Source: Eledone cirrhosa
Lineage: Eukaryota
Direction of reading: 5' to 3'
DNA length: 64,000 nucleotides
Assembly (NCBI GenBank): GCA_964016885.1
Contig: OZ024745.1
Location: 2,976,001 to 3,040,000 of the forward strand
The notes under the pieces were generated by a model. That model saw nothing but the letters and a program-made list of their open reading frames with translations. It was not told the DNA's origin and did no database searches. A program made the translations under genes and the position numbers. How positions within the stretch are numbered: position 1 is the first letter of the stretch; the number at the start of each line of letters is the position of its first letter. Shown piece by piece: positions 27,801-43,000 of this stretch.

Positions 27801-30230
27801 GGACTGCAGACTTGTTATTGAACTGGTCAGTAGAGGTGATTCTGGTGAGACTGAGGACTTGTTATTGAACTGGTCAACAGAGGTGATTCTGGTGAGACTG
27901 TAGACTTCTTATTGAACTGGTCAACAGAGGTGATTCTGGTGAGATTGCAGGCTGGTTATTGAACTGGTCAGTAGAGGTGATTCTCGTGTGACTGCAGACT
28001 TGTTATTGAACTGGTCAACAGAGGTGATTCTGGTGAGACTGTAGACTTGTTATTGAACTGGTCAACAGAGGTGATTCTGGTGAGACTGCAGACTTGTTAT
28101 TGAACTGGTCAACACAGCTGATCCTGGTGAGACTGCAGACATGTTATTGAACTGGTCAACAGAGGTGATTCTGGTGAGACTGCAGACTTGTTATTGAACT
28201 GGTCAACAGAGGTGATTCTGATGAGACTGCAGACTTGTTATTGAACTGGTCAACAGAGGTGATTCTGGTGAGACTGTAGACTTGTTATTGAACTGGTCAA
28301 CAGAGGTGATTCTGTTGAGACTGTAGACTTGTTATTGAACTGGTCAACAGAGGTGATTCTGGTGAGACTGAAGCCTTGTTATTGAACTGGTCAACAGAGG
28401 TGATTCTGGTGAGACTGAAGACTTGTTATTGAACTGGTCAACAGAGGTGATTCTGGTGAGACTGTAGACTTGTTATTGGACTGGTCAACACAGCTGATCC
28501 TGGTGAGACTGCAGACTGGTTATTGAACTGGTCAACAGAGGTGCTTCTGGTAGGACTGCAGACTTGTTATTGAACTGGTCAACAGAGGTGATTCTGGTGA
28601 GACTGCAGACTGTTTATTGAACTGGTCAACAGAGGTGATTCTGGTGAGACTGCAGACTTGTTATTGAACTGGTCAACAGAGGTGATTCTTGTGAGACTGC
28701 AGACTTGTTATTGAACTGGTCAACAGAGGTGATTCTTGTGAGACTGCAGACTTGTTATTGAACTGGTCAACAGAGGTGATTCTTGTGAGACTGCAGACTT
28801 GTTATTGAACTGGTCAACAGATGTACTTCTGGTGAGGCTGCAGACTTGTTATTGAACTGGTCAACAGAGGTGATTCTGGTGAGACTGTAGACTTGTTATT
28901 GAACTGGTCAACAGGGGTGATTCTGGTGAGAGTGCAGACTTGTTATTGAACTGGTCAGTAGAGGTGATTCTGGTGAGACTGCAGACTTGTTATTGAACTG
29001 GTCAACAGAGGTGATTCTGGTGAGACTGTAGACTTGTTATTGAACTGGTCAACAGAGGTGATTCTGGTGAGAATGTAGACATGTTATTGAACTGGTCAAC
29101 AGAGGTGATTCTGGTGAGACTGAAGACTTGTTATTGAACTGGTCAACAGAGGTGATTCTGGTGAGACTGTAGACTTGTTATTGAACTGGTCAACACAGCT
29201 GATCCTGGTGAGACTGTAGACTGGTTATTGAACTGGTCAACAGAGGTGATTCTGGTGAGACTGCAGACTTGTTATTGAACTGGTCAACAGAGGTGATTCT
29301 GGTGAGACTGTAGACTTGTTATTTAACTGGTCAACAAAGGTGATTCTGGTGAGACTGTAGACTTGTTATTGAACTGGTCAGTAGAGGTGATTCTGGTGAG
29401 ACTGAGGACTTGTTATTGAACTGGTCAACAGAGGTCATTCTGGTGAGACTGTAGACATGTTATTGAACTGGTCAACAGAGGTGATTCTGGTCAGACTGCA
29501 GATTTGTTATTTAACTGGTCAACAGAGGTGATTCTGGTGAGACTGCAGACTTGTTATTGAACTGGTCAGTAGAGGTGATTCTGGTGAGACTGAGGACTTG
29601 TTATTGAACTGGTCAACAGAGGTGATTCTGGTGAGACTGTAGACTTGTTATTGAACTGGTCAACAGAGGTGATTCTGGTGAGACTGCAGACTTGTTATTG
29701 AACTGGTCAACAGAGGTGATTCTGGTGAGATTGCAGACTTGTTATTGAACTGGTCAGTAGAGGTGATTCTAGTGAGACTGCAGACTTGTTATTGAACAGG
29801 TCAACAGAGGTGATTCTGGTGAGACTGCAAACTTGTTATTGAACTGGTCAACACAGCTGATCCTGTAGAGACTGCAGACTTGTTATTGAACTGGTCAACA
29901 GAGGTGATTCTTGTGAGACTGCAGTCTTGTTATTGAACTGGTCAACAGAGGTTATTCGGGTGAGACTGCAGACATGTTATTGAACTGGTCAACAGATGTA
30001 CTTCTGGTGAGAGTGCAGACTTGTTATTGAACTGGTCAACAGAGGTGATTCTGGTGAGAGTGCAGACTTGTTATTGAACTTGTCAGTAGTGGTGATTCTG
30101 GTGAGACTGCAGACTTGTTATAGAACTGGTCAACAGAGGTGATTCTGGTGAGACTGTAGACTTGTTATTGAACTGGTCAACAGAGGTGATTCTGGTGAGA
30201 CTGTAGTCTTGTTATTGAACTGGTCAACAA
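24900..30230. repeat. Approximately tandem higher-order duplication with 61-63-monomer period, and a third related copy near 32-34.5 kb; ends approximate
   Basis: GAAGCC at 25413/28374 (63 units) and 32839. CCTGTAGAG at 26999/29866 (61 units) and 34472. TTATAGAAC at ~27254/30121. GTTATTCGGG is present in both copies. Confidence 0.8.
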
Positions 30231-33200
30231 AGGTGATTCTGGTGAGACTGTAGACTTGTTATTGAACTGGTCAACAGAGGTGATTCTGGTGAGACTGAAG
30301 ACTTGTTATTGAACTGGTCAACAGAGGTGATTCTGGTGAGACTGTAGACTTGTTATTGAACTGGTCAACACAGCTGATCCTGGTGAGACTGCAGACTGGT
30401 TATTGAACTGGTCAAGAGAGTTGATTCTGGTGAGACTGCAGACTTGTTATTGAACTGGTCAACAAAGGTGATTCTGGTGAGACTGTAGACTTGTTATTTA
30501 ACTGGTCAACAAAGGTGATTCTGGTGAGACTGCAGATTTGTTATTGAACTGGTCAGTAGAGGGGATTCTGGTGAGACTGAGGACTTGTTATTGAACTGGT
30601 CAACAGAGGTGATTCTGGTTAGACTGTAGACATGTTATTGAACTGGTCAACAGAGGTGATTCTGGTCAGACTGCAGACTTGTTATTTAACTGGTCAACAG
30701 AGGTGATTCTGGTGAGACTGCAGACTTGTTATTGAACTGGTCAGTAGAGGTGATTCTGGTGAGACTGAGGACTTGTTATTGAACTGGTCAACAGAGGTGA
30801 TTCTGGTGAGACTGTAGACTTGTTATTGAACTGGTCAACAGAGGTGATTCTGGTGAGACTGCAGACTTGTTATTGAACTGGTCAACAGAGGTGATTCTGG
30901 TGAGACTGCAGACTTGTTATTGAACTGGTCAACAGAGGTGATTCTGGTGAGACTGTAGACTTGTTATTGAACTGGTCAACAGAGGTGATTCTGGTGAGAC
31001 TGCAGACTTGTTATTGAACTGGTCAACAGAGGTGATTCTGGTGAGATTGCAGACTGGTTATTGAACTGGTCAGTAGAGGTGATTCTAGTGAGACTGCAGA
31101 CTTGTTATTGAACAGGTCAACAGAGGTGATTCTTGTGAGACTGTAGACTTGTTATTGAACTGGTCAACAGAGGTGATTCTGGTGAGACTGCAGACTTGTT
31201 ATTGAACTGGTCAACACAGCTGATCCTGGTGAGACTGCAGACTTGTTATTGAACTGGTCAACAGAGGTGATTCTTGTGAGACTGCAGACTTGTTATTGAA
31301 CTGGTCAACAGAGGTGATTCTGGTGAGACTGCAGACTTGTTATTGAACTGGTCAACAGATGTACTTCTGGTGAGACTGCAGACTTGTTATTGAACTGGTC
31401 AACAGAGGTGATTCTGGTGAAAGTGCAGACTTGTTATTGAACTGGTCAACAGAGGTGATTCTGGTGAGACTGTAGACTTGTTATTGAACTGGTCAACAGA
31501 GGTGATTCTGGTCAGACTGCAGACTTGTTATTTAACTGGTCAACAGAGGTGATTCTGGTGAGACTGCAGACTTGTTATTGAACTGGTCAGTAGAGGTGGT
31601 TCTGGTGAGACTGTAGACTTGCTATTGAACTGGTCAACAGAGGTGATTCTGGTGAGACTGCAGACTTGTTATTGAACTGGTCAACAGAGGTGATTCTGGT
31701 GAGACTGTAGACTTGTTATTGAACTGGTCAACAGGGGTGATTCTGGTGAGACTGCAGACTTGTTATTGAACTGGTCAACAGAGGTGATTCTGGTGAGATT
31801 GCAGACTGGTTATTGAACAAGTCAGTAGAGGTGATTCTAGTGTGACTGCAGACTTGTTATTGAACTGGTCAACAGAGGTGATTCTGGTGAGACTGTAGAC
31901 TTGTTATTGAACTGGTCAACAGAGGTGATTCTGGTGAGACTGTAGACTTGTTATTGAACTGGTCAACAGAGGTGATTCTGGTGAGACTGAAGACTTGTTA
32001 TTGAACTGGTCAACAGAGGTGATTCTGGTGAGACTGTAGACTTGTTATTTAACTGGTCAACAAAGGTGATTCTGGTAAGACTGCAGACTTGTTATTGAAC
32101 TGGTCAGTAGAGGTGATTCTGGTGAGACTGAGGACTTGTTATTGAACTGGTCAACAGAGGTGATTCTGGTGAGACTGTAGACTTGTTATTGAACTGGTCA
32201 ACAGAGGTGATTCTGGTCAGACTGCAGACTTGTTATTTAACTGGTCAACAGAGGTGATTCTGGTGGGACTGCAGACTTGTTATTGAACTGGTCAGTAGAG
32301 GTGATTCTGGTGAGACTGAGGACTTGTTATTGAACTGGTCAACAGAGGTGATTCTGGTGAGACTGTAGACTTCTTATTGAACTGGTCAACAGAGGTGATT
32401 CTGGTGAGATTGCAGGCTGGTTATTGAACTGGTCAGTAGAGGTGATTCTCGTGTGACTGCAGACTTGTTATTGAACTGGTCAACAGAGGTGATTCTGGTG
32501 AGACTGTAGACTTGTTATTGAACTGGTCAACAGAGGTGATTCTGGTGAGACTGCAGACTTGTTATTGAACTGGTCAACACAGCTGATCCTGGTGAGACTG
32601 CAGACTTGTTATTGAACTGGTCAACAGAGGTGATTCTGGTGAGACTGCAGACTTGTTATTGAACTGGTCAACAGAGGTGATTCTGATGAGACTGCAGACT
32701 TGTTATTGAACTGGTCAACAGAGGTGATTCTGGTGAGACTGTAGACTTGTTATTGAACTGGTCAACAGAGGTGATTCTGTTGAGACTGTAGACTTGTTAT
32801 TGAACTGGTCAACAGAGGTGATTCTGGTGAGACTGAAGCCTTGTTATTGAACTGGTCAACAGAGGTGATTCTGGTGAGACTGAAGACTTGTTATTGAACT
32901 GGTCAACAGAGGTGATTCTGGTGAGACTGTAGACTTGTTATTGGACTGGTCAACACAGCTGATCCTGGTGAGACTGCAGACTGGTTATTGAACTGGTCAA
33001 CAGAGGTGCTTCTGGTAGGACTGCAGACTTGTTATTGAACTGGTCAACAGAGGTGATTCTGGTGAGACTGTAGACTTGTTATTTAACTGGTCAACAGAGG
33101 TGATTCTGGTGAGACTGCAGACTTGTTATTGAACTGGTTAACAGATGTACTTCTGGTGAGACTGCAGACTTGTTATTGAACTGGTTAACAGAGGTGATTC

Positions 33201-34499
33201 TGGTGAGACTGCAGACTGGTTATTGAACTGGTCAACAGAGGTGATTCTGGTGAGACTGCAGACTTGTTATTGAACTGGTCAACAGAGGTGATTCTTGTGA
33301 GACTGCAGACTTGTTATTGAACTGGTCAACAGAGGTGATTCTTGTGAGACTGCAGACTTGTTATTGAACTGGTCAACAGAGGTGATTCTTGTGAGACTGC
33401 AGACTTGTTATTGAACTGGTCAACAGATGTACTTCTGGTGAGGCTGCAGACTTGTTATTGAACTGGTCAACAGAGGTGATTCTGGTGAGACTGTAGACTT
33501 GTTATTGAACTGGTCAACAGAGGTGATTCTGGTGAGAGTGCAGACTTGTTATTGAACTGGTCAGTAGAGGTGATTCTGGTGAGACTGCAGACTTGTTATT
33601 GAACTGGTCAACAGAGGTGATTCTGGTGAGACTGTAGACTTGTTATTGAACTGGTCAACAGAGGTGATTCTGGTGAGAATGTAGACATGTTATTGAACTG
33701 GTCAACAGAGGTGATTCTGGTGAGACTGAAGACTTGTTATTGAACTGGTCAACAGAGGTGATTCTGGTGAGACTGTAGACTTGTTATTGAACTGGTCAAC
33801 ACAGCTGATCCTGGTGAGACTGTAGACTGGTTATTGAACTGGTCAACAGAGGTGATTCTGGTGAGACTGCAGACTTGTTATTGAACTGGTCAACAGAGGT
33901 GATTCTGGTGAGACTGTAGACTTGTTATTTAACTGGTCAACAAAGGTGATTCTGGTGAGACTGTAGACTTGTTATTGAACTGGTCAGTAGAGGTGATTCT
34001 GGTGAGACTGAGGACTTCTAATTGAACTGGTCAACAGAGGTCATTCTGGTGAGACTGTAGACATGTTATTGAACTGGTCAACAGAGGTGATTCTGGTCAG
34101 ACTGCAGATTTGTTATTTAACTGGTCAACAGAGGTGATTCTGGTGAGACTGCAGACTTGTTATTGAACTGGTCAGTAGAGGTGATTCTTGTGAGACTGAG
34201 GACTTGTTATTGAACTGGTCAACAGAGGTGATTCTGGTGAGACTGTAGACTTGTTATTGAACTGGTCAACAGAGGTGATTCTGGTGAGACTGCAGACTTG
34301 TTATTGAACTGGTCAACAGAGGTGATTCTGGTGAGATTGCAGACTTGTTATTGAACTGGTCAGTAGAGGTGATTCTAGTGAGACTGCAGACTTGTTATTG
34401 AACAGGTCAACAGAGGTGATTCTGGTGAGACTGCAAACTTGTTATTGAACTGGTCAACACAGCTGATCCTGTAGAGACTGCAGACTTGTTATTGAACTG

Positions 34500-37400
34500 G
34501 TCAACAGAGGTGATTCTGGTGAGACTGAAGACTTGTTATTGAACTGGTCAACAGAGGTGATTCTGGTGAGACTGTAGACTTGTTATTTAACTGGTCAACA
34601 AAGGTGATTCTGGTAAGACTGCAGACTTGTTATTGAACTGGTCAGTAGAGGTGATTCTGGTGAGACTGAGGACTTGTTATTGAACTGGTCAACAGAGGTG
34701 ATTCTGGTGAGACTGTAGACTTGTTATTGAACTGGTCAACAGAGGTGATTCTGGTCAGACTGCAGACTTGTTATTTAACTGGTCAACAGAGGTGATTCTG
34801 GTGAGACTGCAGACTTGTTATTGAACTGGTCAGTAGAGGTGGTTCTGGTGAGACTGTAGACTTGCTATTGAACTGGTCAACAGAGGTGATTCTGGTGAGA
34901 CTGCAGACTTGTTATTGAACTGGTCAACAGAGGTGATTCTGGTGAGACTGTAGACTTGTTATTGAACTGGTCAACAGGGGTGATTCTGGTGAGACTGCAG
35001 ACTTGTTATTGAACTGGTCAACAGAGGTGATTCTGGTGAGTTTGCAGACTGGTTATTGAACAAGTCAGTAGAGGTGATTCTAGTGTGACTGCAGACTTGT
35101 TATTGAACTGGTCAACAGAGGTGATTCTGGTGAGACTGTAGACTTGTTATTGAACTGGTCAACAGAGGTGATTCTGGTGAGACTGCAGACTTGTTATTGA
35201 ACTGGTCAACACAGATGATCCTGGTGAGACTACAGACTTGTTATTAAACTGGTCAACAGAGGTGATTCTGGTGAGACTGCAGACTTGTTATTGAACTGGT
35301 CAACAGAGGTGATTCTGGTGAGACTGCAGACTTGTTATTGAACTGGTCAACAGAGGTGATTCTGGTGAGACTGTAGACTTGTTATTGAACTGGTCAACAG
35401 AGGTGATTCTGTTGAGACTGTAGACTTGTTATTGAACTGGTCAACAGAGGTGATTCTGGTGAGACTGAAGACTTGTTATTGAACTGGTCAACAGAGGTGA
35501 TTCTGGTGAGACTGAAGACTTGTTATTGAACTGGTCAACAGAGGTGATTCTGGTGAGACTGTAGACATGTTATTGAACTGGTCAACAGAGGTGATTCTGG
35601 TCAGACTGCAGACTTGTTATTTAACTGGTCAACAGAGGTGGTTCTGGTGAGACTGCAGACTTGTTATTGAACTGGTCAGTAGAGGTGATTCTGGTGAGAC
35701 TGAGGACTTGTTATTGAACTGGTCAACAGAGGTGATTCTTGTGAGACTGTAGACTTGTTATTGAACTGGTCAACAGAGGTGATTCTGGTGAGACTGCAGA
35801 CTTGTTATTGAACTGGTCAACACAGCTGATCCTGGTGAGACTGCAGACTTGTTATTGAACTGGTCAACAGAGGTGATTCTTGTGAGACTGCAGACTTGTT
35901 ATTGAACTGGTCAACAGAGGTGATTCTGGTGAGACTGCAGACTTGTTATTGAACTGGTCAACAGATGTACTTCTGGTGAGACTGCAGACTTGTTATTGAA
36001 CTGGTCAACAGAGGTGATTCTGGTGAAAGTGCAGACTTGTTATTGAACTTGTCAGTAGAGGTGATTCTGGTGAGACTGCAGACTTGTTATTGAACTGGTC
36101 AACAGAGGTGATTCATGTGAGACTGTAGACTTGTTATTGAACTGGTCAACAGAGGTGATTCTGGTGAGACTGTAGACTTGTTATTGAACTGGTCAACAGA
36201 GGTGATTCTGGTGAGACTGTAGACTTGTTATTGAACTGGTCAACAGAGGTGATTCTGGTGAGACTGAAGACTTGTTATTGAACTGGTCAACAGAGGTGAT
36301 TCTGGTGAGACTGTAGACTTGTTATTTAACTGGTCAACAAAGGTGATTCTGGTAAGACTGCAGACTTGTTATTGAACTGGTCAGTAGAGGTGATTCTGGT
36401 GAGACTGAGGACTTGTTATTGAACTGGTCAACAGAGGTGATTCTGGTGAGACTGTAGACTTGTTATTGAACTGGTCAACAGAGGTGATTCTGGTCAGACT
36501 GCAGACTTGTTATTTAACTGGTCAACAGAGGTGATTCTGGTGAGACTGCAGACTTGTTATTGAACTGGTCAGTAGAGGTGGTTCTGGTGAGACTGTAGAC
36601 TTGCTATTGAACTGGTCAACAGAGGTGATTCTGGTGAGACTGCAGACTTGTTATTGAACTGGTCAACAGAGGTGATTCTGGTGAGACTGTAGACTTGTTA
36701 TTGAACTGGTCAACAGGGGTGATTCTGGTGAGACTGCAGACTTGTTATTGAACTGGTCAACAGAGGTGATTCTGGTGAGATTGCAGACTGGTTATTGAAC
36801 AAGTCAGTAGAGGTGATTCTAGTGTGACTGCAGACTTGTTATTGAACTGGTCAACAGAGGTGATTCTGGTGAGACTGTAGACTTGTTATTGAACTGGTCA
36901 ACAGAGGTGATTCTGGTGAGACTGCAGACTTGTTATTGAACTGGTCAACACAGATGATCCTGGTGAGACTACAGACTTGTTATTAAACTGGTCAACAGAG
37001 GTGATTCTGGTGAGACTGCAGACTTGTTATTGAACTGGTCAACAGAGGTGATTCTGGTGAGACTGCAGACTTGTTATTGAACTGGTCAACAGAGGTGATT
37101 CTGGTGAGACTGTAGACTTGTTATTGAACTGGTCAACAGAGGTGATTCTGTTGAGACTGTAGACTTGTTATTGAACTGGTCAACAGAGGTGATTCTGGTG
37201 AGACTGAAGACTTGTTATTGAACTGGTCAACAGAGGTGATTCTGGTGAGACTGAAGACTTGTTATTGAACTGGTCAACAGAGGTGATTCTGGTGAGACTG
37301 CAGACTTGTTATTGAACTGGTCAACAGAGGTGATTCTGGTGAGATTGCAGACTGGTTATTGAACTGGTCAGTAGAGGTGATTCTAGTGAGACTGCAGACT

Positions 37401-40400
37401 TGTTATTGAACAGGTCAACAGAGGTGATTCTTGTGAGACTGTAGACTTGTTATTGAACTGGTCAACAGAGGTGATTCTGGTGAGACTGCAGACTTGTTAT
37501 TGAACTGGTCAACACAGCTGATCCTGGTGAGACTGCAGACTTGTTATTGAACTGGTCAACAGAGGTGATTCTTGTGAGACTGCAGACTTGTTATTGAACT
37601 GGTCAACAGAGGTGATTCTGGTGAGACTGCAGACTTGTTATTGAACTGGTCAACAGATGTACTTCTGGTGAGACTGCAGACTTGTTATTGAACTGGTCAA
37701 CAGAGGTGATTCTGGTGAAAGTGCAGACTTGTTATTGAACTTGTCAGTAGAGGTGATTCTGGTGAGACTGCAGACTTGTTATTGAACTGGTCAACAGAGC
37801 TGATTCTGGTGAGACTGTAGACTTGTTATTGAACTGGTCAACAGAGGTGATTCTGGTGAGACTGTAGACTTGTTATTGAACTGGTCAACAGAGGTGATTC
37901 TGGTGAGACTGTAGACTTGTTATTGAACTGGTCAACAGAGGTGATTCTGGTGAGACTGAAGACTTGTTATTGAACTGGTCAACAGAGGTGATTCTGGTGA
38001 GACTGTAGACTTGTTATTTAACTGGTCAACAAAGGTGATTCTGGTAAGACTGCAGACTTGTTATTGAACTGGTCAGTAGAGGTGATTCTGGTGAGACTGA
38101 GGACTTGTTATTGAACTGGTCAACAGAGGTGATTCTGGTGAGACTGTAGACTTGTTATTGAACTGGTCAACAGAGGTGATTCTGGTCAGACTGCAGACTT
38201 GTTATTTAACTGGTCAACAGAGGTGATTCTGGTGAGACTGCAGACTTGTTATTGAACTGGTCAGTAGAGGTGGTTCTGGTGAGACTGTAGACTTGCTATT
38301 GAACTGGTCAACAGAGGTGATTCTGGTGAGACTGCAGACTTGTTATTGAACTGGTCAACAGAGGTGATTCTGGTGAGACTGTAGACTTGTTATTGAACTG
38401 GTCAACAGGGGTGATTCTGGTGAGACTGCAGACTTGTTATTGAACTGGTCAACAGAGGTGATTCTGGTGAGTTTGCAGACTGGTTATTGAACAAGTCAGT
38501 AGAGGTGATTCTAGTGTGACTGCAGACTTGTTATTGAACTGGTCAACAGAGGTGATTCTGGTGAGACTGTAGACTTGTTATTGAACTGGTCAACAGAGGT
38601 GATTCTGGTGAGACTGCAGACTTGTTATTGAACTGGTCAACACAGATGATCCTGGTGAGACTACAGACTTGTTATTAAACTGGTCAACAGAGGTGATTCT
38701 GGTGAGACTGCAGACTTGTTATTGAACTGGTCAACAGAGGTGATTCTGGTGAGACTGCAGACTTGTTATTGAACTGGTCAACAGAGGTGATTCTGGTGAG
38801 ACTGTAGACTTGTTATTGAACTGGTCAACAGAGGTGATTCTGGTGAGACTGAAGACTTGTTATTGAACTGGTCAACAGAGGTGATTCTGGTGAGACTGAA
38901 GACTTGTTATTGAACTGGTCAACAGAGGTGATTCTGGTGAGACTGTAGACATGTTATTGAACTGGTCAACAGAGGTGATTCTGGTCAGACTGCAGACTTG
39001 TTATTTAACTGGTCAACAGAGGTGATTCTGGTGAGACTGCAGACTTGTTATTGAACTGGTCAGTAGAGGTGATTCTGGTGAGACTGAGGACTTGTTATTG
39101 AACTGGTCAACAGAGGTGATTCTGGTGAGACTGTAGACTTGTTATTGAACTGGTCAACGGAGGTGATTCTGGTGAGACTGAAGACTTGTTATTGAACTGG
39201 TCAGTAGAGGTGGTTCTGGTGAGACTGTAGACTTGCTATTGAACTGGTCAACAGAGGTGATTCTGGTGAGACTGCAGACTTGTTATTGAACTGGTCAACA
39301 GAGGTGATTCTGGTGAGACTGTAGACTTGTTATTGAACTGGTCAACAGAGGTGATTCTGGTGAGACTGCAGACTTGATATTGAACTGGTCAACAGAGGTG
39401 ATTCTGGTGAGATTGCAGACTGGTTATTGAACTGGTCAGTAGAGGTGATTCTAGTGAGACTGCAGACTTGTTATTGAACAGGTCAACAGAGGTGATTCTG
39501 GTGAGATTGTAGACTTGTTATTGAACTGGTCAACAGAGGTGATTCTGGTGAAATTGCAGACTTGTTATTGAACTGGTCAACACAGCTGATCCTGGTGAGA
39601 CTGCAGACTTGTTATTGAACTGGTCAACAGAGGTGATTCTTGTGAGACTGCAGACTTGTTATTGAACTGGTCAACAGAGGTGATTCTGGTGAGACTGTAG
39701 ACTTGTTATTGAACTGGTCAACAGAGGTGATTCTGGTCAGACTGCAGACTTGTTATTTAACTGGTCAACAGAGGTGATTCTGGTGAGACTGCAGACTTGT
39801 TATTGAACTGGTCAGTAGAGGTGATTCTTGTGAGACTGAGGACTTGTTATTGAACTGGTCAACAGAGGTGATTCTGGTGAGACTGTAGACTTGTTATTGA
39901 ACTGGTCAACAGAGGTCATTCTGGTGAGACTGCAGACTTGTTATTGAACTGGTCAACAGAGGTGATTCTGGTGAGAATGCAGACTTGTTATTGAACTGGT
40001 CAACAGAGGTGATTCTGGTGAGACTGTAGACTTGTTATTGAACTGGTCAACAGAGGTGATTCTGGTGAGACTGCAGACGTGTTATTGAACTGGTCAACAG
40101 AGGTGATTCTGGTGAGACTGCAGACTTGTTATTGAACTGTTCAACAGAGGTGATTCTGGTGAGACTGTAGACTTGTTATTGAACTGGTCAACAGGGGTGA
40201 TTCTGGTGAGACTGCAGACTTGTTATTGAACTGGTCAACAGAGGTGATTCTGGTGAGTTTGCAGACTGGTTATTGAACAAGTCAGTAGAGGTGATTCTAG
40301 TGTGACTGCAGACTTGTTATTGAACTGGTCAACAGAGGTGATTCTGGTGAGACTGTAGACTTGTTATTGAACTGGTCAACAGAGGTGATTCTGGTGAGAC

Positions 40401-43000
40401 TGCAGACTTGTTATTGAACTGGTCAACACAGATGATCCTGGTGAGACTACAGACTTGTTATTAAACTGGTCAACAGAGGTGATTCTGGTGAGACTGCAGA
40501 CTTGTTATTGAACTGGTCAACAGAGGTGATTCTGGTGAGACTGCAGACTTGTTATTGAACTGGTCAACAGAGGTGATTCTGGTGAGACTGTAGACTTGTT
40601 ATTGAACTGGTCAACAGAGGTGATTCTGGTGAGATTGCAGACTGGTTATTGAACTGGTCAGTAGAGGTGATTCTAGTGAGACTGCAGACTTGTTATTGAA
40701 CAGGTCAACAGAGGTGATTCTGGTGAGATTGTAGACTTGTTATTGAACTGGTCAACAGAGGTGATTCTGGTGAAATTGCAGACTTGTTATTGAACTGGTC
40801 AACACAGCTGATCCTGGTGAGACTGCAGACTTGTTATTGAACTGGTCAACAGAGGTGATTCTTGTGAGACTGCAGACTTGTTATTGAACTGGTCAACAGA
40901 GGTGATTCTGGTGAGACTGTAGACTTGTTATTGAACTGGTCAACAGAGGTGATTCTGGTCAGACTGCAGACTTGTTATTTAACTGGTCAACAGAGGTGAT
41001 TCTGGTGAGACTGCAGACTTGTTATTGAACTGGTCAGTAGAGGTGATTCTTGTGAGACTGAGGACTTGTTATTGAACTGGTCAACAGAGGTGATTCTGGT
41101 GAGACTGTAGACTTGTTATTGAACTGGTCAACAGAGGTCATTCTGGTGAGACTGCAGACTTGTTATTGAACTGGTCAACAGAGGTGATTCTGGTGAGAAT
41201 GCAGACTTGTTATTGAACTGGTCAACAGAGGTGATTCTGGTGAGACTGTAGACTTGTTATTGAACTGGTCAACAGAGGTGATTCTGGTGAGACTGCAGAC
41301 GTGTTATTGAACTGGTCAACAGAGGTGATTCTGGTGAGACTGCAGACTTGTTATTGAACTGTTCAACAGAGGTGATTCTGGTGAGACTGCAGACTTGTTA
41401 TTGAACTGGTCAACACAGATGATCCTGGTGAGACTACAGACTTGTTATTAAACTGGTCAACAGAGGTGATTCTGGTGAGACTGCAGACTTGTTATTGAAC
41501 TGGTCAACAGAGGTGATTCTGGTGAGACTGCAGACTTGTTATTGAACTGGTCAACAGAGGTGATTCTGGTGAGACTGTAGACTTGTTATTGAACTGGTCA
41601 ACAGAGGTGATTCTGGTGAGATTGCAGACTGGTTATTGAACTGGTCAGTAGAGGTGATTCTAGTGAGACTGCAGACTTGTTATTGAACAGGTCAACAGAG
41701 GTGATTCTGGTGAGATTGTAGACTTGTTATTGAACTGGTCAACAGAGGTGATTCTGGTGAAATTGCAGACTTGTTATTGAACTGGTCAACACAGCTGATC
41801 CTGGTGAGACTGCAGACTTGTTATTGAACTGGTCAACAGAGGTGATTCTTGTGAGACTGCAGACTTGTTATTGAACTGGTCAACAGAGGTGATTCTGGTG
41901 AGACTGTAGACTTGTTATTGAACTGGTCAACAGAGGTGATTCTGGTCAGACTGCAGACTTGTTATTTAACTGGTCAACAGAGGTGATTCTGGTGAGACTG
42001 CAGACTTGTTATTGAACTGGTCAGTAGAGGTGATTCTTGTGAGACTGAGGACTTGTTATTGAACTGGTCAACAGAGGTGATTCTGGTGAGACTGTAGACT
42101 TGTTATTGAACTGGTCAACAGAGGTCATTCTGGTGAGACTGTAGACTTGTTATTGAACTGGTCAACAGAGGTGATTCTGGTGAGAATGCAGACTTGTTAT
42201 TGAACTGGTCAACAGAGGTGATTCTGGTGAGACTGTAGACTTGTTATTGAACTGGTCAACAGAGGTGATTCTGGTGAGACTGCAGACGTGTTATTGAACT
42301 GGTCAACAGAGGTGATTCTGGTGAGACTGCAGACTTGTTATTGAACTGTTCAACAGAGGTGATTCTGGTGAGACTGTAGACTTGTTATTGAACTGGTCAA
42401 CAGGGGTGATTCTGGTGAGACTGCAGACTTGTTATTGAACTGGTCAACAGAGGTGATTCTGGTGAGTTTGCAGACTGGTTATTGAACAAGTCAGTAGAGG
42501 TGATTCTAGTGTGACTGCAGACTTGTTATTGAACTGGTCAACAGAGGTGATTCTGGTGAGACTGTAGACTTGTTATTGAACTGGTCAACAGAGGTGATTC
42601 TGGTGAGACTGCAGACTTGTTATTGAACTGGTCAACACAGATGATCCTGGTGAGACTACAGACTTGTTATTAAACTGGTCAACAGAGGTGATTCTGGTGA
42701 GACTGCAGACTTGTTATTGAACTGGTCAACAGAGGTGATTCTGGTGAGACTGCAGACTTGTTATTGAACTGGTCAACAGAGGTGATTCTGGTGAGACTGT
42801 AGACTTGTTATTGAACTGGTCAACAGAGGTGATTCTGTTGAGACTGTAGACTTGTTATTGAACTGGTCAACAGAGGTGATTCTGGTGAGACTGAAGACTT
42901 GTTATTGAACTGGTCAACAGAGGTGATTCTGGTGAGACTGAAGACTTGTTATTGAACTGGTCAACAGAGGTGATTCTGGTGAGACTGTAGACATGTTATT
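34500..43000. repeat. Higher-order segment with 36-38-monomer and then 21/26-monomer periods; ends approximate
   Basis: The ACACAGATGATCC..ACTACAG..TTATTAAAC monomer is at 35232, 36971, 38663, 40449, 41436, 42658 (spacings 37, 36, 38, 21, 26 units). GAAATTGCAG is at 39551, 40773, 41760 (26, 21 units). Confidence 0.85.
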